This document shows, piece by piece, positions 51,176 through 64,000 of a stretch of DNA of 64,000 bases. The stretch is from Lama guanicoe (taxonomy: Eukaryota). The notes below the pieces were generated by a model. The model saw only the letters and a list, made by a program, of their open reading frames with translations. It was not told the origin of the DNA and ran no database searches. Numbering within the stretch: the first letter of the stretch is position 1; every line of letters begins with the position of its first letter. The position numbers were made by a program, and so were the translations under genes. The stretch covers positions 12,280,018-12,344,017 of the forward strand of contig MU054925.1 in NCBI GenBank assembly GCA_013239625.1, written 5' to 3'.

Positions 51176-52023
51176 AAGAAAGCATTTGAGTCAACCCAAT
51201 ATGGTCTTCAAAAAAAGAAGAGGAAGAGAGGCTTATCTTGCACCCATGCCAACATCCTTCCCTCACCCCCAATACGTGCCTTCCTTTCTTTGGAATCTGG
51301 TGGCCCTTATTCAGGCCTGGCTCCACTGATGATCTAAGTAACCTTGAACAAATTATTCATTACTGTGAGCTTCTACCTCCTCCTCCCCTGTAAAATCATA
51401 GTTTCCTACCTTCCCAGGGTGTTGGGAGGATTACACGAAGTGCTTCATCCAGGAGACTTCACAGAATGAGAAATCTGAGGCAATCAGCATGGGGAGATAC
51501 TCTGAAGCCAAAAAAGTCCATGGAAATTACCTCCTCCCACCAGCTTTCTCTCCCAGGCAAGTTCGTACTTGGTCACCATTAAATATTGCCCCGCCCACTT
51601 CAAGCACAGGCCAGAGGGGTCATTTGGAAGTGTGCCCCCTCCCCACCCATTCGTTGCCTGGATGGAGAAAAATGAGCCTGAGACTGGAAGCCCTTCAGCT
51701 GATACAGTAACGGAGTGGTGGGCATGATCCTTAACCTCTAAAGAAGTCGTTTCCTCCAAGGTAGAAGTGGTCTAGTGGCTGGTCAGAAGCATTTCTGCAA
51801 TAATTTTCAAGTGACCTGAGCTTTTCTCTGTGCTTTATGTAACCCTTCCAGGAGGCAGTATGCAAACTGAGGGGAGGTGGTGGCGGGGGTCGGGGCGGGG
51901 GGGGGGTGTACCGGCACAGGAGTCAGGGAGCTGATGCTCAAGAGTTTGGCTTTACATCTTGGCAAGTCTTTGCCTTTCTCTGGGACTCGGTTTTCTCAGG
52001 GGTAAAACCTCAGCAGATTAGAT

Positions 52024-52248
52024 CAGGGGTCAGCTTTTAAGTAAGAGAGTAAAGATTTTAGCCTTTGAGGGCCAAGGACTCCATACAGTTCCTGTCACAA
52101 CTATTCAACTCCGTCCCTGCAGTGTAACAGGAGCCACGGGCAGTACATACATGAATGGGCATGGATGTGTTCTAATAAAACTTTATTTATCAAAAAGGCT
52201 GCAGGTGGGATTTGGCAGACGGCCATCATTTGCAAAAAGCCTTGGGTT
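52024..52248. mobile_element. MER58A
   Basis: caggggtcagc..caactattcaactc..atgaatgggcatgg..aataaaactttattta. Confidence 0.85.
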
Positions 52249-52371
52249 AGGTGATCTCTTTCTGCTACCTTCCAGTTCCAAATGTCCATAATTTAATAAT
52301 TCAAGATTCACCTCCCATCTGGTCTTAGGGAAAGTTCAAAGGCTAGAAAGTTGAAATTAAAAGTTCAAGAA

Positions 52372-52622
52372 ATAACAGTAACAGCTACCAATTACTAAGT
52401 GATTGCTATGTACCAAGAACCCTGCAAATGGCTTGATGTGCATTTATCGCATTTGGTCCTCCCAGCAATTTGTGGAGGCAGATACTGTAATTAATCCATT
52501 TTATAGGGAAAGAAACTGAGACTTCAGCAGTGTAAGTAAACTCACTGAACACCATAAAAGTGGGAAGTGGCAGAGCTGGGATCCAACCTGTTGTTTGACT
52601 CCAAAGTCCTTGCCTCCAACTA
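52372..52622 (-). mobile_element. MIR
   Basis: aacagctacca..ctatgtacca..cattttatagggaaagaaactgagac..gtggcagagctgggat. Confidence 0.8.
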
Positions 52623-54221
52623 CTGAATTACGGGGTTATCACAAAGTTGTCCAGAGACCTGCCCCCAACTCCGGCCACTTCACTCCCTCCCCTCCTTACT
52701 CTTCCATGAACCTTCCAGAGGTTCTGCGGAGGAACTCTGTTCTTGCATGCCACATAAATTAAAAGACTGGCCTAAAAATAACACAAGAGTTCACAACGCT
52801 AGATGACAAATTGCTTTTTAATGCGTAATAATTGACTCCTTGACCAGCTCAAGACCTCGCGGCGGCTGGAGTACCTAGACCAGGCCTTATTTGGAAGGTG
52901 ACCACGGGACCAGTCCTGGAAGCGGTCTGCAGTCTCTCACCCAGGCCAACACAGCCCCTTTTACAGAATTCTTTCAACTAGGATGGAGGGGGAAAAAAAA
53001 AAGAGAAGAAGGAAAGACCTTCATCTTATCCTGGTTTATCACAGTTAAAATAATCAGCAACAAAACTCTCAAGAAACAGTGGCCTTGGAGAAAAAAAAAA
53101 ATCAAAGGGCAACTTGCGACGTGCGTGGGAAAGGCTGGCTGATGTCCCGAGAGGCGTTTCAAGGTGGGGCACCTGCCGATGCTTCACCAGCGCCGGTGTG
53201 TCTGACACTCTGCGACTTCATCAGAGTGTCCTCCAGCAACTGGCAATTATTCGTACCTTCCCTTTGGGGCCCCGAGATGGACAGAGGCTTGTGATAACAG
53301 AGGCGTATGCTTTGGGGTGGCCACAGTCCCCTTTCTCTTGCTTGGTGGTAGACAACTGTGCTCTCCAGAGAGTTCTGGCGTCCACAGCAGGCACAGAGAA
53401 CATGTTAACACAACAATTCAATAAATATTTAATGGTCTTGCCTTAGCCTGCTGATGGGATGAAGCTGGAGCCTCATTACCTACTTTCACCTCCTCTTTTA
53501 TTTATGAACTTTATTCCTTTACACTAACACACAGCCGGGTGGAAACAAACTGAAATCATGAACACAGTGGAGAGAGGAACACACGATTCGATACCAGGCC
53601 ACCAACCCTGGTGTAGGTCATCTTCTGGCGAGAGGCTTTGCTTTCGTCCCCCAGGGTGACAGACAAGCCTGCTACACAACCAGACAAGATGCAGCCTCAG
53701 GAATCAGGATCAGATATATTTATGGTGATGGCAACACTCAGAAGATGCACAAGAAGACAGGGGTCCTGAGTCCATTTCTCACCTCCTGATCAACCAGGGA
53801 GAGCTACTCTTATGATGGTATATTATACACTTGGCCAACAACAACATTGTACATCGACTCTACTTCCATAAAAAAATAAACAATAAATTAAAACAAAATA
53901 ATAAGTTGTCCCAGGAGACTTCATCCTTCCCACCCACATGGCCCTAGTCATTCTTTGAGACCAGCTCAAATGTCACCACCTCTGGGAAGCGTTCTCCACC
54001 CCTCCCAAGTCAAAATGAATCATTCCTTCCCTTGTGATCCCATGTGCTTGTTGAAAGTGCTATGATAGTTTTTATCTCACAGGGTGACTTAAATGTAACA
54101 GACAGGAAGAGCTAAAAGGGAAGACTCCAGTCCAGATGCCTGCGTCACCAGCTGTGTGGTCTCGGGCACGTTCCTTAACCTCTCAACGCTGAATTTACTT
54201 ATCTTTAAAATGGAGGTGATG

Positions 54222-54780
54222 GTTAGCATCTGCAAATCCCGAACTCCTGATTTATCCCTCCCCCACCTTCCCCCCAAAGCAAAAAATAAGTTCGCTTTCT
54301 ATGCCTGTGAGTCTGCTTCTGTTTTAGAGATATGTTCGTTTGTGCCATTTGTTGAGATTCTACATATAAGTGATACCATATGATATTTGTCCTTCTCTTT
54401 CTGACTCACTTCCCTTAGTAGGATAGTCTCCAGGGCCATTCATGTGGCTGCAAATGGCATCACTTCCTTCTGTTTTATGGCTGAGTAGTATTCCATTGTA
54501 TATAAATACCAGAACTCCTTCATCTAATCATCTGTCGATGGACATTTAGGTTCCTCCAATGGGATTTGCAGATACTGACTACTATATATAACATAGATAA
54601 ACGACAAGGTCCTACTGTGTAGCACAGGGAACTATATTCAATATCTTATAGTAACCTATAATGGAAAAGCACATGAAAAAGAACACATATATGTGTATAA
54701 CTGAATCACTATGCTGTACAACACAAAGTTGTAAATCGACTATACTTCAGTAAAGTAAAATCAAATAAAATGAAACAAAA
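54222..54780. mobile_element. Cetartiodactyl-type L1 with 5' inversion (minus 54222-54560, plus 54561-54780) inserted into a MIR
   Basis: Antisense L1 3' region joined to sense 3' tail; TSD taaaatRgRgRtgatg at 54206-54221 and 54781-54796. Confidence 0.9.
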
Positions 54781-56139
54781 TAAAATAGGGATGATGACTA
54801 TTGTGATATTATGGGAGACAAATTGGTACTTAGCAAACACTCAAATGTTCTAATAACTAGATACCCATATCTGTATCTGTATCCATACCCACATCACAGA
54901 AATATGCACATGCACGTACGTATATGTACTCGTGTACATAGACACGTATATACGTACATAAAAATATGAGGTTTCTGATTCCTTCTACATACGTCTGTAG
55001 AAGAGAGGTATGTAGAATGTAGCTTATGTAGTATGTGGAAGCAACCTGGAAGTTCACACCTAGCTTCTCACTCAGTAGAAGCTGTTGTGAACCTGGGTGG
55101 CTCAATTCTAAGCCATAATAGTGAGCAGGGTCATTTTAAAAGGCCACACACCCAGGCACTATTTAACCTCTCCCACGTCCCTCCTTTCAAGCAGACTGGT
55201 AGGGGAAGGGGCTCCCTCTCCGCATGCAGGCCTGAGCCTGTTGGTCACTGCTCGTTTCCTCGTCTACGGGACTGGAGAGAAGGTTTGGTAGCATCCCAAG
55301 ACACACAGTAATGACTAGGGGAAAGCAGGAGGCCCTGTTTCGGCTTCAGCTGCAGCCACATGGCCTGGTCCAGCCCTGAGACGGCTCCCCACTGAAGGCT
55401 GATGGCTGTCATCCTTCCTTATAGGTACCCTGGGAGCATCTTTGGAAGGAGCAAGGGTAAAAATCAGCCATCGCCTCTTTCCGGAAATCGTGCACATGTA
55501 CCTCCCCGCAAGGCCTGAGGGCAGACGCAGGGAGAGGGAGAGGAGGCTTTGGGGATGGGCAGACCTGCTTCACACCCTCGTCTGTGAGCACAGGGCCTCA
55601 GGGAAGACGTCCACCTCTTCACCGCTCACTCTCCGCCTTGGTTACACGTGGCGGAGAACTCTAGTTAACTCGTCCCAGGTCTCTCCTGCCCGCTCACGAG
55701 CAGGATTCTAACTGTTCTCTAAGCACACCCCCAGCTGCAGGAGACGACAGTCCCTGGCCTCTCTGGCAGAGCTGCCTGGTCACGTGACTAAGGTCTGGCC
55801 AAGGAGATGGTCGTGGGATGAGAAGCCTCCTTCAGAAAGAAGAGATGTGTTCGTCTCCCTTTGTGTCTGCGGCCGGGCATGAAATGCAGGGGCAGCAGCT
55901 GGGACCACGGAATTACCGTGAGGAAGGAAGCCATCCCCTGAGGTTGGCGGGGCTGGAGAAAAGAAACCTGGGTCACTAGGACACAGTGAAGCGGCCAGAG
56001 CAGCCCCATACGGCACCTCTAAACTTCCCTTACCGGGAGGAAAATAAATGCCTAACTGGTTCATGCCACTGGTGAGTTTTCCTATGCCCTGTACAGCCCA
56101 GCTTAACTGCTACCAGTAAGTAAGGCACAGCAATGATGT

Positions 56140-56490
56140 ACATAGAACTATGGCCTGCAGGTCACATCCAGCCCACCACCTGTTTTCGTCTGGCCCCTGA
56201 GCTAAGAGTGATTTTGAGAGATGAACATCTGCTGTCAACCTGATGATAGGAGATGAGAACCCTAATTCCCAACAGGTTGAAAAAGAATTCCATTCTTCTC
56301 AGCAGTAGACCTGTTTCTCAAAAAGTTATACTCAATTATTATCATTAGATTTTGAATTTTTTAAATAAAAATTGTGTGGAAATCTTTTTTCATCACAAAA
56401 GCATCTATGTACTGTCCTTGATTTTGCCTCTTCTCAAAGAATCTAAAATATTCACTCTCTGGCTCTTTATAGAACACATCTGTTAATCTA
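56140..56490. mobile_element. MER58-family (B/C/D-like) hAT element
   Basis: aactatggcctgcagg..ccacctgtttt..gagctaaga..ctaaaatattcactctctggctctttatagaa. Confidence 0.7.
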
Positions 56491-57569
56491 TCATATAGTC
56501 ATATAGAGAATGCTCAATAAATGACAGCTACTATTATAATTAAATCTCCCAAAGAGCCTGGCACTGAAGTTGCTCAAGTATTTGTTTCTTTTTGTGTGTG
56601 TGAGATATTATAATCCCACAGAAAGTATGGCTTCATTCTTTGTTGACTTAAATAGATTAAAAAAAAAAAATCTTCCCGTCAGCCTCACCCTACCCAAGCA
56701 TCTCCACTTTCTTTCCTACTGCTTGGTCACCAGGCAATTAAAAAATAAACATGAGAGTACAAAGACATTTACAATGTACTGTTTCCCAGGCCTCCCTCCC
56801 CATTCCATCTGTCATAGACATATGTCTTTAAGGTCACCTAACCAAAAACAAAGGGACAAAAAGGGTAAGACAAAGGGACATGACAAGCTTGATTTCATTT
56901 AGATCCTTCTGGACTGGTTTGGTAACTGGGCCTAATATCCATCCTACATGTTCCCAGCTAATTCCAGATTTGACATGTGTAAATTGCCAGGCTGGCACAA
57001 GTGAACGGAACCCTGGGCAAAGCCACACGTGTGACTCCACCATTCACCACGTGGTAGGAATGCTCTGACCGTGACCAAACTCAAGTTGGGCATCTAGGAA
57101 GAGCCTCTCATGGATGTAATGCCAGGAACAGCTGAAACATGAGTTCTAACCTTCCCCAACGAAAGGAAAATCGTATGGCTGAGATAACCCAGCAACTTCC
57201 CAGCTCCCTGGGCAAGGGTGCCAAGACTCTGGCTCATGCCCACATCACTCTGCCAGTCTGTGTCGGCCCATTCCTCCACCCGTCTGTCCCCAGTCTTCGG
57301 GTGGACACTCTGTCATCTGTAAAGCAGTTTGGGTTGTTCCAAATACCAAGGCTTGGGATCCTGAACTGGGGGTGCAGGATGAGTGCAGCAGAGGCCCCCC
57401 ATGGAGAAAGGGCCGCTTGTGGCCCATTTCATCTCTCCTGAAGGCAGTCAGGGAAGGAAGGGCCTCCTGGGCCCTGGCGGTGGGGGCGTGAGTCAATTTC
57501 CAGTTGAGGAAACTGAGGTTCTGAAGGGTAAAGAAATAGGCCCTGAGCCCTGATTTCAGTTTTTTTCCT

Positions 57570-57752
57570 CTTTTTAAAAAACTGAAATATAGTCAATTTA
57601 CAGGGTTGTGTTAGTCTCTGGTGTACAGTATAGTGACTCATTTACACATACACATGTATATATTTTCTCAAATTCTTTTCCATCATAGGTGACTGTAAGA
57701 TACGGAATGTAGTTAGTTCCCTGCGCTATACAGTAGGTCCTTTTTGTTTCTC
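57570..57752 (-). mobile_element. Cetartiodactyl-type L1 3' end
   Basis: tgaaatatagtcaatttaca..tctggtgtacag..ttccctgcgctatacagtaggtcct. Confidence 0.88.
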
Positions 57753-57854
57753 TGTCTCATTGCTTCTCCAGATGGCAGGGGTGCAGGGCAGGAAGAGCCC
57801 TTGGCAAAGTGAGAGCCTGATCCAGCTCTCCCGACTTCTGAGTCCCTTTGCCTC

Positions 57855-58334
57855 TGTGTGCTTGAAAAATGTCCCCCTGAAGACACGCCCATGGCCTAAG
57901 TCCTGGAACCTGTGAATGCTGCCTTACTGGGGAAAGGGTTCTAGCAGATATAATTAAAGTCAGGCTTCTGAAAGGAAATGATGATCTTGGATTATTGGGT
58001 GGGCCCTAAGTGTCACTGTGTCATTGTCCCCATTGGAGACAGGCAGAAGGAGACGTGACACGCACGGAGGACAGGACAACGTGAAGATGGAGGCGGATAC
58101 CAGAGTGATGGGGCCACAAACCAAGAAACACCAAGGACTGCTGGCAACCACCAGAAACTGGGAGAGGCAAGGAATGAATTCTCTCCCTGACCCTCCAGAG
58201 GGAGTATGGTCCTGCCAACTCCTTGGTTTTCAAACTTCAGAACTCCAGAACTGCGAGAGAATAAATTTCTGTTGCTTAATTTAAGCCACTCGGTTTATGG
58301 CAGTTTGGTAAAGCAGCCACGGGAAACAAAGGCA
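57855..58334 (+). mobile_element. MaLR solo LTR (MLT1C/D-like)
   Basis: ggaacctgtgaat..gggtgggccctaa..gtgaagatggaggc..ccaccagaaact..ctccagaactgcgagagaataaatttctgttg; TG...CA ends. Confidence 0.9.
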
Positions 58335-59734
58335 CTCTCCATTATCTAAACATCATACAGCATCATGTCAACAATGCGCTGCAGTGTGCCTCCCTGAGAG
58401 GCACACTGGGGTCACACAGGTTTGGGAAATAACGTTAGACAGGTTTCCTTATGGTTGGACTTCCCAGGATGTTTGATGTGTTTATGGTGCCTTATGTGAC
58501 TTTGAGAAGGAGATATAATGCAGAATCTCCCAAACTTGATTGAAAGGTCCTACCGACCAGTCCTAGGAAGCGCGGCAGTACGTAACACGGAGGAGACCCA
58601 GGAGGGGACAAAGGCCTGAGAATTTAAGGGTTATTACTTTGCCAAGTCCATGATTATTTTCATAGCCCCCCAAAACACAGCATAGTACTTATCAGTTCAA
58701 GAGCTGGACTGGATGATCCAACAGAAAAAAACAAATTATAAAAAAATAAAAAAAGAGAGAGTTGGACTGGATGATCTCCATGGAGCCTTCCAAATGTAAC
58801 AATTTCTAATTCTTCATGCGTAGGACCAGAGATGGGTCCTGCCCATGGCAGACATTGCTAATCAATCACAGCACGGTCCTCTGAGCTCTGAAAGGGTCCC
58901 CTAATCCTTCTTAACCAGAGCTCCAGGCAGATAAAGCCTGCACACTGTTCCTGTCCTAGTAACTTGATAGACAGCCCAAAGAAATTAAGCACAGCTTGCG
59001 GGTTTTCAGAAATGCCTGTACTACTTTCTTCCTGTCCAGGGAAGGACACCCGCATCCCCACCAACATTTGTTGATTTTTTTTTCCCCTCATTTCTAGAAC
59101 ATACAACCCTTTGCTCTGATTTTTAAACGCATAAATCCAGCAATGATATTGGGTGAGAGCCTTTGGGAGCAGCAAGGGGAGGAAGTCTGGGGCATCATCT
59201 CTCCAGCCTAACCTTTGTTGTCTGGGCAAGATTTTCTCCAACAAATTAAAATATATACGCATTTACCGCCCTCTGAGTTCCAAAGCCGTTCATGGGAGTC
59301 TCAGTCGATCTTTTAAAAATCTTTGCATCCCCAGTCAGATCCCAGAGCAGCAGCTGCACCTGATCAGACTTCTCGGCAGGAGAGGTCGGCAGCTCAGGGG
59401 CTTCAAAGAAAACCATTAGCTGGGGTACAATTTTAAAAGGTGATGAGACACGAATACCTCCCTTCAGGGAGCATACAGACCTCCACAAGGGGCAACTCTC
59501 ACTGACACTGTTTATAAATTAAAAAAAAAAATCCCTGAAGGTCAGAAATACTAAGCATGTGAATGTAGTGAGGTTACCAAGCTTATTAGCCATTCCATCT
59601 CCCCCAAAGAAAGAGGGAGACGGTGAAAAAAAGAGATTAATAAAAATAATTTTAACATTTGTATTAAGTAACAATTTTCCTGCAGTTGCTACGTCCGACA
59701 CTGGGCGAGGTAACGCTCAGTCCGCTTCGTGGGC

Positions 59735-61085
59735 CCCCACCTGGTGCTGTGCACTGAGGATGGAAGTTGAATGGCACAGTTCCCTGCCCTTCAGAGACTA
59801 GGAGGGAGAGGCAGATGGTCGTCACATTCCAAAAACAAGTATTTTATATCTTGAGAAGTGCTCTGGACAAAAAGTTACCAGGTGATGGGGCAAAGACAAA
59901 CGTGGTGTGTGTGGGGTGGGGGTAGGGGGCTGGGGAAGCAAAGCCAGGTAGGAAGTCCTCTTGGCAGAATGACCTACAAGCTAAGGATGTCAATGATGAG
60001 ACGCTGCCAGCCAGGCAAAGTTCTAAGGGAAGAGCATTCCAAGCAGAAAGAGGAGCAAGTGCAAAGGTCCAGGGGCAGGTAGGAACTTGGGTTTGAAGGG
60101 CCAGTGTGGCTGGAGCCTGGGGACTAGTCTTTGGTAGGGGGGAGGCATCCTTGCAAAGGCAGACAAGGGCCAGGCTTTGTGAAGGCGGTGGTGGGGCCTC
60201 AAAGCTCATGGTAAAGTGTTTGGATTTTGCCCGTATTGTGGTGAGAATTTCAGCTTTAGGAATGCTACGTATTTGGGAAGGTTACTGAATTATCAAGGTG
60301 AGTAACAATGGTTGCATGTACTAAAGCTGTGTCTGGAGAGATAGTGAGCAGTGCTCCATTTGGGGTAAACCTCTTTTCTATCTTATTTTTTATTGAGGTG
60401 TAACTTACATACAGCAAAATGCACTTCTCACGTGTAGAGCCTGAAACATGTCAAACTCACACTCTATCAAGGTGGGAACTATCTCCACGCCCGAGGAAGC
60501 GACCACAAGCCCCTTTCCAGTTACTCTTCCCCTCTCCCCCATGTCCAACGTGGGATGTACTTTTAGGTAGAGCTCAAAGGACTCATTCCCACCAGACTGC
60601 ACACGGGAGGGTGTGGAAAAGAGAAAGATCAAAGGTGCCAAAAGTTTGTAGCTCAAACAACAGGGTGGCTGTGAGGTGCCATTTGCTCCCTGGTTAAGGC
60701 TGGGGGAGGGGAATAAATCTCCAGCTGTGCTTGGACACATTCAGCTCAAGAAGCTTGTCGAACACCTAATGTATACATGCAAAGAGAGCTGTGTATACAA
60801 GTCCGGAGCTCGGGAGAGAGGTCCAGGCTGAAGATGTAAGCCTGGTGGTCACTGCGAGAAGTCGCGGACTGGATGAGGTCAGCAAGCGAGCAGAGAAAGA
60901 TGAAAAAGGTAAGAACAAGGAGAAAGAGGACAAGAGTAGCCCGGGAGCAGGTGCAGCAAAGGAGGCTGAGACTAGAGGAAGATGTGGAAGTGGGCTACAC
61001 GGAAGCCTGGAGGAGGAAGAGGAAAACCACAGAAGGGAGGGACAGAACGATGCACTAACATGAATGCTCCTGACAGCTGGAAGGC
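59735..61085 (-). mobile_element. Fragmented L2 (~59735-60250, ~60720-61085) with an L1M 3' fragment (~60385-60545)
   Basis: gagcattccaagcagaaagaggagcaagtgcaaaggtcc; ttattgaggtgtaacttacatacagcaaaatgcac; gagctcgggagagaggtccaggct. Confidence 0.65.
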
Positions 61086-61099
61086 GAGCTCTGGATCTC

Positions 61100-61250
61100 T
61101 TTATTTAACCCTCTCCAAAACTCTGTAGGGTGGGTCCCATTATTATTCCCATTTCACAGAGAAGGAAAGTGAGGTTCCGAGATGCAGGGACTTGTCCAGA
61201 GGCACAGTGCTAAATCAACAGTCGAGCCAACATTTTCAAGCGAAGAAGCC
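61100..61250 (-). mobile_element. MIR
   Basis: attattcccatttcacagagaaggaaagtgagg. Confidence 0.75.
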
Positions 61251-62029
61251 TTCCCCACAAGTGTGCTCTGCAGCACCATAACCGGTCAGGCTGCAAACGG
61301 GTTGCGGGGTCCCACGAGCACGGAATGTGCAAAGTCAAAGGTAAACAGGTTTCCCTGCTCCAGGGCTCAGAGCCTTTCATATGTCAGGATGAGCTGTGAT
61401 CCCTCAAAAGGGACACACAGGCTGTCCCGTGTTCGGAAGATACATGGAAACATTTCTTTTTGCTTTCAGAGCCTTTCGTCAAACAGGCGTTCTCTAGAAC
61501 CTGGTATGGGAACTGCTGGAAGGTAACAGAATCACGTCTCACGTCTTCAAAATGTGTCTGTCCACAGTGTTTCCACAGACATTATGACCCTGGTACCCAA
61601 AGGAGAAAGGGTTGACGTGGACATTCCATTTTCCAGATAATGGCGGCACAGTGCACGAGGTTAAGGGCTTTGTCCTCTATCACAGTCCTGCAGCAATTAA
61701 GCAAAATCAATCAGCCCTGGTCCACGAGCCCAGGGGCAAGAGGAATCAGGTCAGGCCAAGGGGGAATCAAACAGGAGGCGCCTCCTTGTCCCTGCCCCTT
61801 TGACAACTTCCCTTGGCATCTGCTTTTGGCAAGAATCTACCAGGCTGGGGAGGGAGGAGCAGTGTATGCAGAAGGTGGAGGAAATGGAGGGGCTCCAGGT
61901 GGGCTCAGGTCATGGGCAGGAGGAAAAGGCTTCAACCTTCCTGGCAAGTGAAGTGGGAGGGGTTCACTGGGTCCACATTGTAAAGAGAAGACCCCCACGT
62001 GCATAAGCGAGAGCACGTGGACACTCGAG

Positions 62030-62195
62030 CTGGACAGTCATAGGTTCGGGTCCTTGGCATGGCCACTTAGTAGCTGTGTGACCTGAGGGAGTTAATGAGC
62101 CTCTCTGAGCCCACCCTTCCTCATCTGTGAAATAGGGATGATAACAGCATCTACTCCACAGGGTTACTGTGAGGATGGTACACAATGAACAAAAA
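62030..62195 (+). mobile_element. MIR
   Basis: ccacttagtagctgtgtgacct..ttcctcatctgtgaaatagggatgata..agggttactgtgaggat. Confidence 0.85.
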
Positions 62196-62623
62196 GCCCA
62201 ATGTGTCTCAAGATGGAGTCCAGGGTCTCACGTGGGATGCTTCTTAGAATCCAGATTTCCAGGTCTGACCACGGACCCAACGAAACAGACTCCCTGAAGG
62301 ATAGTCTTATGCACAGGCAAGTCTGAGAAGATGGATTAAGACGTGTATTCCATGCTTGGCAAAGATTCAGTAAGTTAGTAATTATCATTCTATGTTTTGC
62401 TATCATCAATTAGAATATGCTAATATGAGACCCTTCTCCACGCTAGACAGTCCAGTGCTCAAAATGAGAATTTATCTGAAACCCAACTCAACAGATATTT
62501 GCTCATCCTCAAAAGCCTAAACAAAGCCTCAATCACTGGAAAAATTAAGGTTTTTGTAATTATGGCAGCCGAGGTGAATGCAAAGCAATCTTTTGTAAAT
62601 GCTCCCAAGAAATCAAGTAGTCA

Positions 62624-62655
<32 letters not shown>

Positions 62656-64000
62656 AAGAAAAAGTAGTATGAAGCAAACTTTCAGAGATGCGATAAGCAA
62701 TGTCACGTATACACTCCCTGTAGACTGGCACTTTGCCTAGAAAGGTGCTTGGTGAGGAGGGAGACCCTTGTCTGGGTACAATGATTGCTATACACAAGCT
62801 GGCTGGTCAAAGTCAAGTGTGAAGCAATTCTCAGAGGCCTCTGGGTTACACTGGCAGGGAGATCATTCCTGAGTTTTCCCAGATCCTGAGTCCCACAGTA
62901 CCTGCGCCTGTCTGCCTCCACTGCCCTTCCATCTTTCGTAGCTTCTGGAAGACGTCCAGATACAATCTTTGCAAAAAAACGAGTCTTCCTCTGCTTTTCA
63001 CACAGAGCAGCAGGATATGAAAAAAGAACATCACCACAAAAAAAAAAAAAAAATTCATGGTAATCAAATGCTAAGCATTCCGATTTAGATTTAGATTTAG
63101 ATTTTGAGGGGAAAAAAAAGAAAAAAAAAATCAAGAAACGTTTGGGGTAACATTGCATTAAAACTCACAATACAATTTCCATAAAGCTTCGTGATATTCA
63201 ACTAGGATTACCATTCTGTGTTTTGGTAGCTGAAAAAAATTATTCCCTCTGCTTCCTCTGACATTGGAATATCACACTGAGTCTAGGTTGACCCAGAGCT
63301 CTCCAATTTGCTTTTACAGCTAGGAAGTGCTTCATATAACCAGGTACCTTTCAGGAAAAACAGCTCAGGGAACAGAGCATCTCTGAGACTCGGTTTTCTC
63401 AGATTATTAAACACCGCAGATCTCTGTAAGCACTACACAAAGCAGCACATTGTGCCCCTCGGCGGTCCCTCACCATCTTTTAATTGCCCATCCTTCACGT
63501 TTTTGATGCACTTTTGGGTGAACCCAACACAGAATCACTCTGCCCTTTTTGCAAACAGCTCTACAAAGGCCATAAATGTCACCGCCAAATTGGTGAGTGC
63601 TAGTTTAAACCTCTGCGTCTCTCCTTCCTCGAGACATCTGTGTCCTGAAGGATAACAATCCGGGCTTAAAGGAAATCTTGGGAAAACGAGCCAAGAGCTT
63701 TTCCTGCTAAGGCTAGTGGGAGGAGGCCAGGGGGAAGTGGACTGGATAAAACTGTCTCAAAAATGAGTTCCATCTTAAACAGCTCTTTTAAGGGAATGAG
63801 AGAGTTATTTCAGCTTCTCAAATGGAAGCACAACCCCAGAAAGAAAAAAGAAAAGGCTTGTTGAGGGAGAAGCTTGAAAGCCTGGGAGAGGTTGAGGGTA
63901 TCACTGCAGAAAGATTGCCTAGTAACAGAGCTTGCTTGTCTTATACCCAAAGCTGTGTACCATCTGAGGCTGATTCAGGAAAATAGTCAAATCTCCTGGT

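Noticed and set aside
53204-53230. 9-bp hairpin GACACTCTG/CAGAGTGTC with 9-nt loop
   Set aside because: A couple of such stems are expected by chance in 64 kb; too short for a pre-miRNA.
63082-63104. (GATTTA)n hexamer repeat
   Set aside because: Only 3-4 units; ordinary microsatellite, not telomeric.

Overview
Mammalian genomic DNA, almost certainly camelid (two tRNA-Ala-derived SINEs of the camelid Vic-1 type, plus cetartiodactyl-type L1 3' ends and a Tigger1 derivative). The window holds the 5' part of PRICKLE2 (planar-cell-polarity PET/LIM protein) on the minus strand. It contains one clear 184-bp exon (2049-2232) with the canonical start (MVTVMPL..., ATG at 2192), a ~23.7-kb intron, and a CpG-enriched, probably non-coding first exon with promoter at ~25895-26600. 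The other ~37 kb is upstream or intronic sequence rich in MIR, L2, L1, MaLR/ERV LTRs and MER DNA transposons. The remaining ORFs in the supplied track are chance ORFs or repeat remnants. I cannot claim a new biological system. The best candidate is a compact translation/splicing control module in the PRICKLE2 leader: a single uORF, tandem splice donors that toggle an in-frame stop, a GC-clamped hairpin displaying a (UUA)n loop, a 16-nt palindrome, and an exon-2 'UTR' that encodes half of a Cys/His motif. Several insertions have readable histories: an L1 with both ends but no interior, a twin-primed L1, and a SINE nested in a solo LTR. Repeat boundaries and subfamily names come from recalled consensus sequences and are approximate (tens of bp).
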